A DNA stretch of 64,000 nucleotides from assembly GCF_963921235.1 (NCBI RefSeq), contig NC_086097.1:188048001-188112000 (forward strand). Reading direction: 5' to 3'. The DNA comes from Mobula hypostoma. Taxonomy: Eukaryota. The translations under genes were made by a program, and so were the position numbers. Of this stretch, positions 1 through 13,144 are shown piece after piece (within the stretch, counting starts at the first letter, position 1; each line of letters starts with the position of its first letter). The notes below the pieces were generated by a model that made no database searches, was not told the origin of the DNA, and saw only the letters and a program-made list of their open reading frames with translations.

Positions 1-54
1 CCTTACAAGATTGTGACTACTTCAGAAGAAATCTAAAGAGAAAGAATTTCACTA

Positions 55-153
55 CAACAGATGCAAAATGTTGGAGGAATTCAGCAGGTCGAGCAGCATC
101 TATGGAAAATAGTAAACAGTCAACATTTCAGGTCAAGACCTTTTTTCAGGACT
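55..153 (-). mobile_element. Short PLE 3'-end remnant (degenerate hammerhead plus tail)
   Basis: Minus strand reads agtcctgaaaaaaggtcttgacctgaaatgttgactg...catagatgctgc...ttttgcatctgttg, homologous to the 3' end of the PLE at 47716-47848. Confidence 0.75.
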
Positions 154-244
154 TGCATTTTAATTACCATAACTTTTGTTTTCATTTCACTTAAGTTAAT
201 TTGTATCCAGATTTTTTCTGGCATATCTTTTTACAATAGTAAAA

Positions 245-440
245 AAAAATTGCTGTAGGAACTCAGTGAGTCAAGCAGCATCAATGGCAGGAAATGAGTA
301 GTTGACGTTTCTGACTCGAAGCACAGTTTCAATTCAAAATGTCATCAATTGCTTTCCTCCTACAGACGTTGCCTGACCAACTGCGTTCACCCAGCAGATT
401 GTTTGTTGCTCCAGAGTACAGTTTCTACAGTCTCTTCTGT
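245..440. mobile_element. Old palindromic PLE-tail remnant (two inverted tail arms)
   Basis: Left arm tgctgtaggaactcagtgagtcaagcagcatc...gttgacgtttc is the approximate reverse complement of the right arm aaaatgtc...gttgcctgaccaactgcgttcacccagca. Confidence 0.55.
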
Positions 441-611
441 CTTCCTGGGTTTGCATGCATTTGATTCCTGAATATTTGGAAATATACTAAGTGAAATAAT
501 TACAGATCTTACAATGTATATCCATTACATAGAGTGAATAATAATAATAATAAAATGCACTCGAGTTTGTATAATCCGACTTAATAAATTACAATTTATC
601 AAATGTTTTAC

Positions 612-721
612 CGTTTTTCCAAGTGGAAGGTTCACCAGGCCTTCTATGTCTTTGAAAATGTTGCACTGGCCAGACTTTATGTATCCTACAAATGAACTGA
701 TTTCACCTTCTTTTACTATAA
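612..721 (-). CDS. CNBD1: CNBD1-like internal exon (110 nt, phase 1 to 0): (V)IVKEGEISSFVGYIKSGQCNIFKDIEGLVNLPLGKT
   Basis: Acceptor tactttcag and donor ACG|gtaaaa. Start of the second cNMP domain, matching recalled VIVESGNIISFVGYINSGCCNIY. The gene continues beyond position 1. Confidence 0.9.
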
Positions 722-2361
722 CTGAAAGTAAAAGGTAAAAGATAAAAGTATTAAGCAGTTCAGATACTTTATTTTCCAGCAGGTAAAATTATTACTAAAA
801 GATATATGAAACAATAGTGCAGAATCTTCAAATCCGCAAGAAAAGTAAAAAGTGTTGGAGGTACTTTTTAAGATCAGGTGGCACTTGTAGGAGACAGAGT
901 TAACAACCTTACAAGTCAATGACCTCTCATCATTACTCATTCAAAGTCAAACTTGAAATATTCACTGTTTCTTTCTCCACAACTGCAACTCCACCTGCTG
1001 ATAATGAAAAGTCTTTTCTGTTCTATTTTTAATTGCCTTTAGCTCTATGAACTATTTTCATGAAACTTCAGGTAACTGGGGAAAAATATACTGGTTCCAA
1101 TGTGTCCGAAATAACTGGAATCCACTGTTTTACATGCTGATAAAAAGATGAGTTTGTAAAATTAAATATTTAATCAATTGTTATAATTATCTGAAGAGAT
1201 TAATAATTTTAATATATTGTGAATAATTTCGCATGCTTCACCAGCAGTTTAATTTAATATTTGTTTTAATACTGAGAACTATCATTTAAAATAAGTGAGT
1301 TAACATTTCAGTCCTCCCCAGGATGTGAATTTCTAACTGTGGTACAGTCTGTACATACGAAACAAGTATTTGGAGACCAATGACATAGATTTGCCAGGTG
1401 CTGCAGGTCTGAAGGCATCTTCCTACCACTGGGATTTTGACTTGTGGACACATTTCCAATTTGCAAATTGTGTGGAGTTACAAACAGTTCACAGAAATGG
1501 AACTTTGCCCTAACCTGGGAGGACCTGTACATTGACAGATAAAATTATAAATCCATAGCCATGCATGAGTATAAATACTAAAATTTTATGGATGCACAGG
1601 TAATGTGGCACCAACAGGTTTAAAGGTTGCATGAAAGAACCTGAAGATAGAGACTTTTCACTCCAATGCAAAATCTTGGTGAGTAGAATGATAAGCACAA
1701 CTAAGTGGCCAACCAGAGCTTAGTGAAGTGTGGAGCAACCAGGTGTATTGCCATCCTCATTAATGCATTCCACAATTTTTAAAGGGGAGGTGACCACTGA
1801 ACCCAACCAAGGATTACTGGAATTACTGCGCAATGTGTAGAGTACAGGAAATGATGTTAGAATAGAAATGGGAAAATGCATTCTGCTTCATTCACTGTAG
1901 GTTTTCAACTGCAGTTTCACATTTGAGCAATATGTTCATGATGTGCTATTCTCAACCAAATGACAGTAATTTATAAAAGCAGTCACTTTACCAGTGGGTG
2001 GAGAAGAATTCCTGCCTGCAGTTAAATCATGGACTCCTGTGCAAACTGAACAAAGTACCAGTGCATAATTGATCTGATTTGACACTGCAAGCACTAAATC
2101 ATGATTACAATGAGACTAATGTCACAATCCGGTTACTCCACATATGTGATGGTAGGATATCTGCCTGAGCTACAGTCCATTAAATGCACCATAAATGTGC
2201 AAGGCTACATCACACTCAAAAATTTGAAACAAATCAACACCTTTATCATCCTTACAATGAGTGCTACAGGACCAAATTACAGGTTTCTTCAAACTAATAA
2301 ATCAAAAGTAAGAAAAGGAGGTTACCTCAGGGACCAAAGACCTATATGGGGCCAAGGAAAT

Positions 2362-4360
2362 ATGTGATGTCACTGTGATAAAAACCTTCACCGCACGTGG
2401 TTATAAAAAGCCATGGATGACAACAGAGGTGTGTTCACTACTGAAGGCCCGTGACACAGCCTACAGATCGGGGGACAGGAGTGCGCTTCGCTCAGCCAGG
2501 TCTGCACTTTCACTCGGGATCAGGAAAGCAAAAAAGGCCTACACGGGCAAAATACATGGACACTTCTGTGACACAGGTGACACCAGATGGATGTGGCAGG
2601 GAATTAAAGCTCTGACAGACTACAAGACCAGGCAGAAAACTGATGACAGCGACACCCCTCTACCAGACAGGCTTAACAATTTCTTTGCCCGCTTCAAAGC
2701 ATCAAACACTACAGCAAGGGGGAGAGCCAGTCCCTTTTAACCATCTGACCAGCCGGTTCCAATCGTTGATCCAGAGCAAACACGGTGCCAGGGTCAACCC
2801 AAGAAAGCGGGAGGTCCCGACAACAACCCTGGATGTGTGCTCAAGGAATGTGCTGATGTATTAGCAGATGTCCTGACAGACATTTTCAACATCTCCCTTA
2901 GTCAAGCCATTGTCCCCAGATGCTTCAAAATCTCCATAATCATCCCTGTAGCAAAGAAATCAGTTGTAGCCTGTCTGAATGATTACCATCCCGTTGCCCT
3001 GTCCCCCATAGTGATGAAATGTTTTGAACGGCTTGTCAAGCCTCATATCACAGCCAGCCTCCCCTCATCACTGGATCCTCTACAGTTTGCTTATCGTCCA
3101 AATCACTCTACGGAGGACACAATATCCATCACACGGCACACAGCCCTCTCTCACTTGGACAACAAAGACACTTATGCCAGAATCCTGTACATTGATTTCA
3201 GTTCAGCATTCAATACCATCATCCCGCAGAGACTAGTGGAGAAACTGTCGCTGCTTAGCCTTAGCACTGCCATGTGTCGCTCGATTCTGGATTCCTTGAC
3301 AGAGAGACCACAGTCAGTCCATGTTGGCAGGAACATCTCTGACTCCATCACACTGAGCACTGGATCCCCACAAGGCTGTGTGCTTAGCCCATTGCTGTTT
3401 ACACTACTAACACATGACTGTGAAGCCAGATTCAATGAGAACCTGATCATTAAATTTGCAGATGATACCACAATGGTGGGGCTCATCAGCAAAAATGATG
3501 AAACTATGTACAGGGAGGAGGTCAAACACCTAGAGAGCTGGTGCAGGGATAACAACTTGATGCTTAATGTCACCAAAACCAAGGAGATGATCATCAATTT
3601 CAGACGGTCTCAGCCTGAGCACACACCCCTCAGCATCAGCAGCTCCACAGTGGAGAGAGTGGAAAACATCAAGTTCCTTGGGGTGCAGATCTCGGGCAAT
3701 CTTACTTGGTCCAGGAACACCACTGGGATTGTGAAACGGGCCCAGCAGAGATTGCACTTTCTGAGGAAGCTTAAACAAGCATCACTCCCCACTAACATTT
3801 TAACTACATTCTACAGAGGCGTGGTTGAGAGTGGTGCTGACCTTTTGCATCACAACCTGGTACTCCAGCTGCAGTGCTGTCGACAAAAAAACCTTGCAGA
3901 GGGTGGTTAGGGGAGCAGAGAAGGTTATTGGGGTCTCCCTACCTTCTGTCCAAGACCTCTTTCAGAGTCGATGCCTCCAGAAGACACAGTACATCATTAA
4001 AGACCCCTCACACCCTCTCCATGAACTGTTTGTTCTTCTGCCATCAGGCAAATGTTACCAGAGCATCAAAACTAAAACCACAAGGCTAATAAACAGCTTC
4101 CTCCCACAGGCAGTCAGACTGCTAAATAGCTGCTCCACCTGACTCTGCTTTGGACACTTTTAACTTGTACTGGACACTTATAACTGATTTTAACTGACAT
4201 GTGGCTGTTGTGTTTTACTATTTATTGTTATGTTTATTATTTAGTGTTGCGTTTGTTATGTTATGATTGCACTGCCCCTGAGAAACGCTGTCTCATTCTG
4301 CCCTGCAGAGCTGATGTATGGTTAGATTGACAATAAAGTTTTTTGAATCTTGAATCTTGA
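2362..4360 (+). mobile_element. Rex1/Babar-type LINE, 5'-truncated, frameshifted reverse transcriptase (RT)
   Basis: ORFs 2375-2740, 2837-3910 ([36 protein letters not shown]) and 3825-4142; AATAAA followed by a (TGAATCT)n tail at ~4343-4360. Confidence 0.88.
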
Positions 4361-4712
4361 AGATAGAAGTAGAAAAGTTGTTTCCACTGGTAGGTGAGAC
4401 TAGAACTAGGGGACATTGCCTCAAGATCCAGGGGAGAAGATTTAGGATGGAGATGAGGAGAAACTGTTTTTCCCAGAGAGTGGTGAATCTGTGGAATTCT
4501 CTACCCAGGGAAGCAGTTGAGGTTTCTTCACTAAATATAGTTAAGATACAGTTATATAGATTTTTGCATAGTAGGGGAATTAAAAGTTATGAGGAAAAGG
4601 CGGGTAGATGGAGCTGAGTTTACGGACAGATCGTCCATGATCTTATTGAATAGCAGGGCAGGCTCGATGGGCCAGATGGCCTACTCCTGCTCCTATTTCT
4701 TATGTTCTTATG
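4361..4712 (+). mobile_element. CR1 LINE 3' fragment
   Basis: LFP..TRTRGH.LK..FSQRVVNLWNSLP C-terminus and a ttcttatgttcttatg tail. Confidence 0.85.
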
Positions 4713-6255
4713 AGATGTGAGCACGGTTTTGTACAAGGGAGACTATACCTCATAAATGTAACTGAGTATTTAAGAGGTAAACTGAAAAAATTGATTAAGA
4801 CGCCACAGTAGATGAGGTTCACACAGATTTCACTAAGGTTTTTGCCAAGGTAGGCCAGTCCAGAAATGTGCTGCAAAATGGATCCAAAATTGTGAAAAGG
4901 GGCTGAGTGTTTTCTTGACAAGAAGTCTCTAATAGTAGCATTCTGCAAATATCGATGCTGGATCTTTGTTATAGAATTACAGAGCACTACATCACCAAAA
5001 CAAGCATCCCTACTCTGTGCCAAACTGTTATTCTGCCTAGTCCCATTGACCTGCACCTGGTCCATATCCCTCCATACCTCTCCCATCCAAACATTTGCAT
5101 CCACCACTTCCGCTAGCAGATCATTCCACTCTCGCACCACCCTCTGAGTGAAGAAGATCAGGTTCACCTTAAATATTTCAGCTTTCATCTCTAAAACCTG
5201 TTTGCATTTGCCCTGTCTATATCCCTCATAACTCTGTATACCTCTATCAAATCTCCCCTCAGTCTCCTATGCTCCAGGGAATAAAGTCCTTCAATCATTC
5301 CATATAACTCCAGATCCTCCAAATCAAGAATCATCCTTGTAAATTTTCAATATTGCTTGTAATATGTACAGATTACTTGGATAAGAATGTAAATTGTCTG
5401 CTTAGTAAGTTTGCAGATGACACAAATTGATGGAGTGATAGATAGCAAAGAAGATTGAATTAGGATAAAGCAAAACATAGATCAGCAGGAGAATTAGTAG
5501 AGCATGGCAAGTTGAATATAATCTGGACAAGTGTGAGGTAATGTACTTTGGGAAGTCATATTCTGGTAGAACATATAGCAAGATCCTTAGGCATGTTAAT
5601 GCAGAGATGCACTTTGGAATACAGTTCATAGTGGTGACACAGGGCAGCGAAGAAGGCTTTTGGTACGTCTGCCTTCGTAGGCTGAGGCATTGAGTTAGGA
5701 TGTCACTTTTCAGCTGTACAAAAGTCTGGCTAGACTGCACTTGGGAAGTATTGTATACAGTTTTGATGCCTATATATTAGAATACATGTAGTAGCAACAG
5801 AGGGTGAAGAAGAGATTCACCAGGATGTTGCCTAGAATGGAAGGCTGTACAAATAAGTAGAGACTGGATAGGCTGGGTTATTCTCATTGGAATATAGGAA
5901 GCTGAGTCTGACTTTATGGAGATGTATAATATTATAAGTGGCATAGATAGCATAGATAGTCAAAATATTTTCTTCCCGGGGCAAAGGGTCTAGAACTGAA
6001 GAACACAAGTTTAATATAAGAGTGGAAAAATTTCAAGAAGATCTGGGTGGCATGTTTTACCACACATTACGTGGTAGTTACTTGGAATGAGATGTCAGAG
6101 GAGTAGCAGAGGCAGATACAATGACAACATTTAAAGGGGTTTTGGACAGATTCTTAGATTGTTAAAGCATAGTTAGATACAGGCCTCACAAAGACAAATG
6201 GGATTAGTACAGATGGTCAGCATGGGCAAAGTGGGCTGAAAGGGCCATTCTATAA
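4713..6255 (+). mobile_element. Old CR1 RT/3' fragment interrupted by an opposite-strand CR1 3' end (~4976-5350)
   Basis: Decayed QHGF, KFADD and RRFTRMLP motifs on plus; FFTQRVVREWN on minus within 4976-5350. Confidence 0.7.
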
Positions 6256-6317
6256 TTCAGTTGAATGCACTTGTCTCAAATAAATATATTGTATATTAAA
6301 CAATTAAAGACACCTAC

Positions 6318-6450
6318 CATAATCTTTTGGAAAATTCTTCCACTTGATTAACTCAATCAGCTTATGAAGAGACAGTTTTGGCCATTGCTGATAAAATGGA
6401 CATGCTTGGACCAGCTCTTCTTTCAATGCATAATTATGCACCAATATTTC
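6318..6450 (-). CDS. CNBD1: CNBD1-like internal exon (133 nt, phase 0 to 1): EILVHNYALKEELVQACPFYQQWPKLSLHKLIELIKWKNFPKDY
   Basis: Acceptor ttgaag and donor G|gtaggt; 109-nt intron to the previous exon. CPFYQQWPKLS...IKWKNFP matches recalled CNBD1 CPYYEEWPTLS...LKWKKFP. Not in the ORF track. Confidence 0.9.
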
Positions 6451-6559
6451 CTTCAATATAGGTAGAAGAAAATTTGAGTCTTACCAACTTTGTTATTCAG
6501 ATAGCTAACTTAGAAAACACATTTGTAGCCCAACAATTGTCAGTGAGTGAAACATTCAC

Positions 6560-6694
6560 CTTTTTCACATTTTCATATTGTCCGACGGATATTTTGACAA
6601 GTTCACAGTTGGCCTGCGTAAGTACTGACAAAACCCTGTGAGCGGTGTCATTTGGAATAGGTATCAAAGAACCAAAGCTGTCTCCAAAAGACAA
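6560..6694 (-). CDS. CNBD1: CNBD1-like internal exon (135 nt, phase 0 to 0): LSFGDSFGSLIPIPNDTAHRVLSVLTQANCELVKISVGQYENVKK
   Basis: Acceptor tttatttctag and donor AAG|gtgaat. GDSFG...V...CELVKI is a cNMP-binding beta-roll signature. Confidence 0.88.
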
Positions 6695-6971
6695 CTAGAA
6701 ATAAAAATAAGAATTAATACTCTTCTGAATTATTAATTCAAATCTAAATAGAAACATTTGGGCTTCACCACATTGATTAATCTAGGTTTACATTTTCAGC
6801 TGGAAATAAACATCATCATAGATATATACCTCTTGCTATTGCTGAATACTCATAGAGCCACAGAACCATAGAACATCATAGAGAGTTACCATAATCATCA
6901 ATAATCAAATCTGTTTCAAGCCACTCAAAGAGCATAACTTTCCAATTTCAGTATGGTGAACAATTCTATTA

Positions 6972-7975
6972 ACTCAAGAAATACTGCAGATGCTGGAAAT
7001 CTCAGTGCTGGAGGAACTGAGCATCTATGAAGGGCAATAAACAAGTCAACATTTCAGGACAAGACCCTGCATCTAGACTGGAAAGGAAAGGGGAAGAAGT
7101 CAGAATAAGGTGGGAGAAGGGACAGAGTACAAACTTCAACTGATAGGTGAGACCAGGTGAGTGGGTGGAGAAGGGGGGTGGAATGAAGTGAGAAGCTGGG
7201 AAGTGATAGGTGGAAGAGGTAAAGTGCTGAAGAAGGAGGAATCTGATAGGAGAGGAGAGTGGACAATGGAGAAGGGGAAGGAGGAGGTGTTCGAAAGGGG
7301 AGATAAAGGACTGGTGCGGAGAAGGGTGAGAGGCAGGACCAAAATAAGGAATTGAAAAAAAGAGAAGGGTATGGGAAGAGAACTTACCAAAAGTTAGAGA
7401 AATCAATATTCATGTCATCAGGTTCAGCTGCACAGATGGAATATACGGTGTTGCTCCTCCAACCTGAATGTGGCCACATTGCGGCAATAGAGGAGGCCAT
7501 GGAACAACATGTTGGGATGGGAATGGGACGTTGAATTGAAATGGGTAGCCACCGGGAAATCCCACCTTTTGTGGTAGGCGGAACAAATGTGCTTGACAAA
7601 GTCGTTCCCTCAATCTACATTAGCTCTCAGAGATGTACAGGGAGCCACGCCAGGAGCACCAGATACAGCAGGTGTCCCCAACAGACTCGCGGATGAAGTG
7701 ACACCTCAGCTAGGAGGACTTTGAAATTCTGAATGATGCTGAGGGAGGCGGTTTAGGGGCAGGTGGAGCGCTTGTGCTTGCAGGGATAAGTGCCTGGAAG
7801 GCATGACTGGATAAGGGAGACAAGTACAGAGTGATCCCCATATCCCCATGGAAAACCGGGGGGGGGGGGTGGAGATACGCTTAGTGGTAGAATCCTGTTG
7901 CAGATGGCAGAAGTTATGAAGAATGATGTGTTTGATGCCGACTTTTGTAAGGTGGTAGGTAACCATTCTATTTCT
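6972..7975 (-). mobile_element. Old PLE 3' fragment (decayed GIY-YIG end, purine-rich UTR, degenerate hammerhead ~7045-7080)
   Basis: Collinear with 47716-48780, including the ...RLEEQH...GMNIDFSNF end. Confidence 0.8.
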
Positions 7976-9949
7976 AGAAATCAAGAAAAGGCCCCATAAA
8001 TTTTGTCTTCATGCCATAAAAGTCTGCAAATCGAAAAAATGTCAGCTGAGCTGAACTATTCTGGATCTGATGATCTAAAATTGTACATTAAGATTTGTGA
8101 ATACTTCAACATATCAGTTACTAACAACTATTGTAGGCCTTACGATATCCTACTATAGCATCACTCACTGTACAACAAACTGCATTAATTAATATTCCTT
8201 CTAAACAAATGGCGTCAGTCAAAATTCCTACTGCACCACACCATCAAACATTTATTACCACTGTAAAACCCATCGCAGATATGCTTATGGAGCAAGAACT
8301 CATCTTCCAATCTGGGAGGCATTTTGAAGTTTTCACCTTAGATAGTTTACACATTCTATTTCAAAGTCAAAGAATATGTATTATCAAAGTGTGTGTATAT
8401 CAGCATACACTGTACTACCTTAAATTCCTTTAAGTAGATGGGTCAAATCCCATAAGCCTATTCAAAATAACTCAGACAAATCTTGTCCCCACCTTTAAGA
8501 CCCGTTTTTCTGTTAGTGGTCCATACTGAATATTAACTATATCTCTATTATTCAACTTCACAGACAAATCTTCACTAGAATATTGCAGGGGACTAAATCA
8601 TCCACGCACACTCCAGATACATAATTTCTTATCATTCAATTGTTACACAAATTCTTCCATATCTACACATTTATTTCTAAAACATGACATCAATTGGATG
8701 TTTCTCCATCTTCAACACCTAAAAGTTTCTAATCAAATCAGCTCATGAATGTCTGAAAAGTCAGTTTTAATGTGAAACCTTGTTACATATTCAGCTGATA
8801 TTTCTTTATATAATGTTTCCCTTTCATAATTCTTTGAAATCTACTATTTCATGTTCTCAATGTGCTATTTTTACAGCATAAAATAGCTGCTTGGTTGAAG
8901 TTGAGGCTCTGATGGTCGCTAATGCCTAAAACAAACCTGCAGCAACTAATGGCAGTTTAATAGCACTCATTGTTTCGTACCTCATGCCACTAGTGAAAAC
9001 AATAAATCCTTGCTCTATGAATCCCTTTAAATAACTCAGAGTTCTTTTAAATACATGGGATGATTGTTTTGTCTATGTAGATGTGTTGGTGACGTGTGTC
9101 ACTGTGAGCACAGTATTATTTTCCAATGCATATACCTACAGAATGAATAAATACTCACAAAAGAAATCAATGATCTTAGCATGATTTACCAATGACATAC
9201 CTGAGAGTGTAAGGATTTAATATTTATAATAACAGGATTTTCATATATGTACCTTGGCACTTGTAATGCCAGTACACTTTCCCCCCTTATTTGTTCCCAG
9301 CACAGGCATGCGTGGGAAAAAGTATTGATTCAGTCAACGTTTTTTCCATGCAGATAGCTTTTATTGAGCTTAGCAGCAAACAGTATCAATCTTTATCATT
9401 TCATCCTTAACAGAAGAACCACTAGAAATATCATTTACCTAAGATACATGTTTAATGTTTCATTTGTCACACAATTGTTTAAATCAGTTGCAGCTGTAGT
9501 TAATTTGGTTTTAGAAGCCTGAAGTATCCTTAATTATAGCAGATTCATAAACTTAGGATTGGATGCTTATTGTAGCATATATACTGTATATTACATACTT
9601 CTTAGCCAAGCAATTTAATTTTATTATATTAGCAACATATTAGGAGAACTGGGATTGTAAGAAATTTAGAACAGTTTTATCTTGTCATTGCTAATTTTAA
9701 TTTATTGGAGATATATTTCTGAAATTTTGTAGAATTTGGGAATTTCATTACAGTCATTTTCAGTAGCTATGATGAAGAGAAAGACTTCACTCCATTTATT
9801 TCTCATAATTTGACTTGTATATATATCTCATTTGTTATTTTGATTTAATACCACTCTTCAATTGTAGTACATGACATATGTTTGCCTTCAACTCATATAA
9901 AAAAATCCTTGTAGGAACCTTGTATGAACCTTGTATGATCCTTGTCGGA

Positions 9950-10952
9950 ACCGTGTACTTGCAACACTGTGTGTCCGACAGACTGATCAGCAGCACTGGG
10001 GCTGCACAGGGGACTGTCTTGTCTCCCTTTCTCTTCACTATTTACACCTCAGACTTCAAGTACTGCACAGAATCTTGTCATCTTCAGAAGTTTTCCGATG
10101 ACTCTGCCATAGTTGGATGCATCAGCAAGGGAGATGAGGTTGAGTACAGGGCTACGGTAGGTAACTTTGTCACATGGTGTGAGCAGAATTATCTGCAGCT
10201 TAATGTGAAAGAAACTAACAAGCTGGTGGTAGACCTGAGGAGAGCTAAGGTACCGGTGACCCTTGTTTCCATCCAGGGGGTCAGTGTGGACATGGTGGAG
10301 GATTACAAATACCTGGGGATACGAATTGACAATAAACTGGACTGGTCAAAGAACACTAAGGCTGTCTACAAGAAGGGTCAGAGCCGTCTCTATTTCCTGA
10401 GGAGACTGAGGTCCTTTAACTTCTGCTGGACGATGCTGAGGATGTTCTACGAGTCTGCGGTGGCCAGTGCTATCATGTTTGCTGTTGTGTGCTGGGGCAG
10501 CAGGCTGAGGGTGGCAGACACCAACAGAATCAACAAACTCATTCGTAAGGCCAGTGATGTTGTGGGGATGGAACTGGACTCTCTCACCGTGCTGTCTGAA
10601 AAGAGGATGCTGTCTAAGTTGCATGCCATTTTGATCAATGTCTCCCATCCACTACATAATGGACTGGGTGGGCACAGGAGTACATTCAGCCAGAGGCTCA
10701 TTCCACCGAGATGCAGCACTGAGCATCATAGGAAGTCATTCCTGCCTGTGGCCATCAAATTTTACAACTCCTCGCTTGGAGGGTCAGACATCCTGAGCCA
10801 ATAGGCTGGTCCTGTTTCATAATTTACTGGCATAATTTACATATTACGATTTAACTATTTATGGTTCTATTACTATTTATTATCTATGGAGCAACTGTAA
10901 CGAAAACCAATTTCCCCCGGGATTAATAAAGTATGACTATGACTATGACTAT
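9950..10952 (+). mobile_element. Rex1/Babar-type LINE 3' fragment
   Basis: ORF 9878-10804 with GAAQGTVLSPFLF, KFSDD, YKYLG and RLYFLRRL; AATAAA then a (TATGAC)n tail. Confidence 0.87.
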
Positions 10953-13047
10953 TTGTATCTATTTTCTGTCTGTCCATATTGAATTTAGTGTTGTGTGTTT
11001 ATTATGGATAATTTGTCATGTGAGTGGGGGTGTGGTAGAAGCATATTAAGATAGTTACATATTACGCTTTGTCTTAGTTTAGTCTTGTTGAGTGTTAGAG
11101 GCAACCAGGTAATGATTTTTTTTTGTTGACTAATTAATTTTGTTTATTTCATTACTTTGCTAATTATGTTTAATTACACTAAATGAATGCTTATTATTCT
11201 TATTTCATTACATTATATTAAGATTGTTCGACTTTGCTGGTTTCGTAATAAAGGATTGAATGTACTTTTTTTTCAACTTAGTACTCAGTTATTTGGAAGC
11301 CCATCATACAGTGTCAGCCCCCATACTCAGCTTCTCAGCAGTTTTGGTTTTTTTCAAGTAACTGCTCCAATCGTCATGGAGAAATCTAGTATTGTTAGCT
11401 AAAATCTTCCATTTGTGATTCTTCTTCAGGGTTTCTGCCAATAAAGTTGCAAGGAAATAATATAACTCCTTCTTTCATCCTACATCCTATGTGAGCTTTC
11501 TCCATTAGTTCCTTTAGGTTTCCTAATTTCAGTTTCTCTTATTTCCTCTACATTTCAAACCTCTTCCAATGTTCATTCTGGTTTCTTTTACTTTGTCACT
11601 CCTTTTCTAGTTTAACTGATCATTCACCTATCTATCCATTTTGTCAGAATATTGGTGTCCTCTTTTTCATCTGTTGTTTTTCCTTACAGAAATCCCATTT
11701 CCTTGGAAATGATCCTTTGTAGACAAATTTAAATTGTTTCCTGGTTACTCTTCTTTTGCTACATGATGATGTACATAAGTGCAAACATTGTTCTGCGTAA
11801 TATAATATAATTCAACAACTGAAGTTTGTGTAACCATGATTTGGATGTGTCATCATGGTATGATGTACAACTAACATTATTTTGGAATATAAGCTCCAGT
11901 TCTGCAGGCGGTACATTGGAGGAGAGATGCAACATTATACACAAAAGTATGATAAAAGTGTTAGTACAATGGTGTGGTCTTGTTTAACACTAGTCTTTTC
12001 TTCATTGATAATGGTTCTACTGCAAAATCTTTGAAAGGATAAGAAAACCAACATCGCCATCTTTTCCAACCCAAAAGCACCAATGCCTTGGCCCTAGTTA
12101 CACTAAGTCAGCTATATTTGACAGCCCACGTCTTTCGCACGCTCAATATCACTTCCAAAGCAGACACCCTTTTCCAGGCTCTCGCATATAAATAGATTAC
12201 CAAGTCGACCGAGGAAATTTTTGGGATGTGGTCCTTGAAAAATGCAACATCTCCACTGAAATTTGGGAGTATGTGGCCAATAAAAGCTCAAAGCAGAGAA
12301 CTATTCATTGGAATGCTTACAATATCGGAAGCACATAGAAGCAGATAGGGCACAAAACCTCACAAGCTACCAACTTACCTATCACCAGTACCTTCCCCAT
12401 CCGTGGAAGAGCCTGTAGGTCTACAACAGTCATGTTAGCCAGCTCAGAATTTCACAAAACCAGAGTGGAAGCAAGTCATCTTTGATCCCGAAAGAATATA
12501 AGTATTATTCTCCATTATTTTATATTCTGTAGTCTTAGATACAACTGACCATATCCTTCTCTTCAAATGTCCCTTCATTGTTCATCACAATGGTTAATAT
12601 CTTTGCTTGGTTCCATTCCTAACTCTGTAGCACCATCTCTTGACACTAATCAGATGGATACAATGAAAAACATATCTACTCATTTTAATCCAGAACTACC
12701 TGTAATTCATTGTTGCATGCCTGGAGTCTGTTAATAAAGAAGTAGAATTTTCCTTCTATTATTTATTGTGAACACTGATGTTACTTTCTTTAAACACGAC
12801 TGTAGGAGCCATGCACCACTTCTCTAACTGCATTGTATTCTGTGTTGCACGTTTATTATGAATGGGGGTGTGGTAAAAGTGAAGGGAATAAGTCATGTAT
12901 TCATGCTTTTTTCATCACAGTTTGTAGCTGCTGTTAATAGGTAGATATCGTATCTCTTACTGACTGTTCAACAACACTCAAGTAAGCAAAGCATTTGCTT
13001 TGCTTACACTAGGGTGCACTTAAGTTTCATCACTTCAAGATTATATG

Positions 13048-13144
13048 CCCTTACGAAGGGTCTCGGCCCGAAACGTCGACTGTACCTCTTCCTAGAGATG
13101 CTGCCTGGCCCGCTGCATTGACCAGCAACTTTGATGTGTGTTGC
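13048..13144 (+). mobile_element. 97-bp hammerhead-headed PLE mini-insertion with 7-bp TSD
   Basis: ttatatg at both 13041-13047 and 13145-13151. Insert starts cc-CTTACGA-agggtctcggccc-GAAA-cg-TC-gact; the core has a G-to-T change. Confidence 0.85.

Noticed and set aside
9904..9960. CRISPR-like or prokaryotic retron/defence system
   Set aside because: There are no spacers or cas genes, and all RTs in the window are eukaryotic non-LTR or PLE types within a spliced vertebrate gene.
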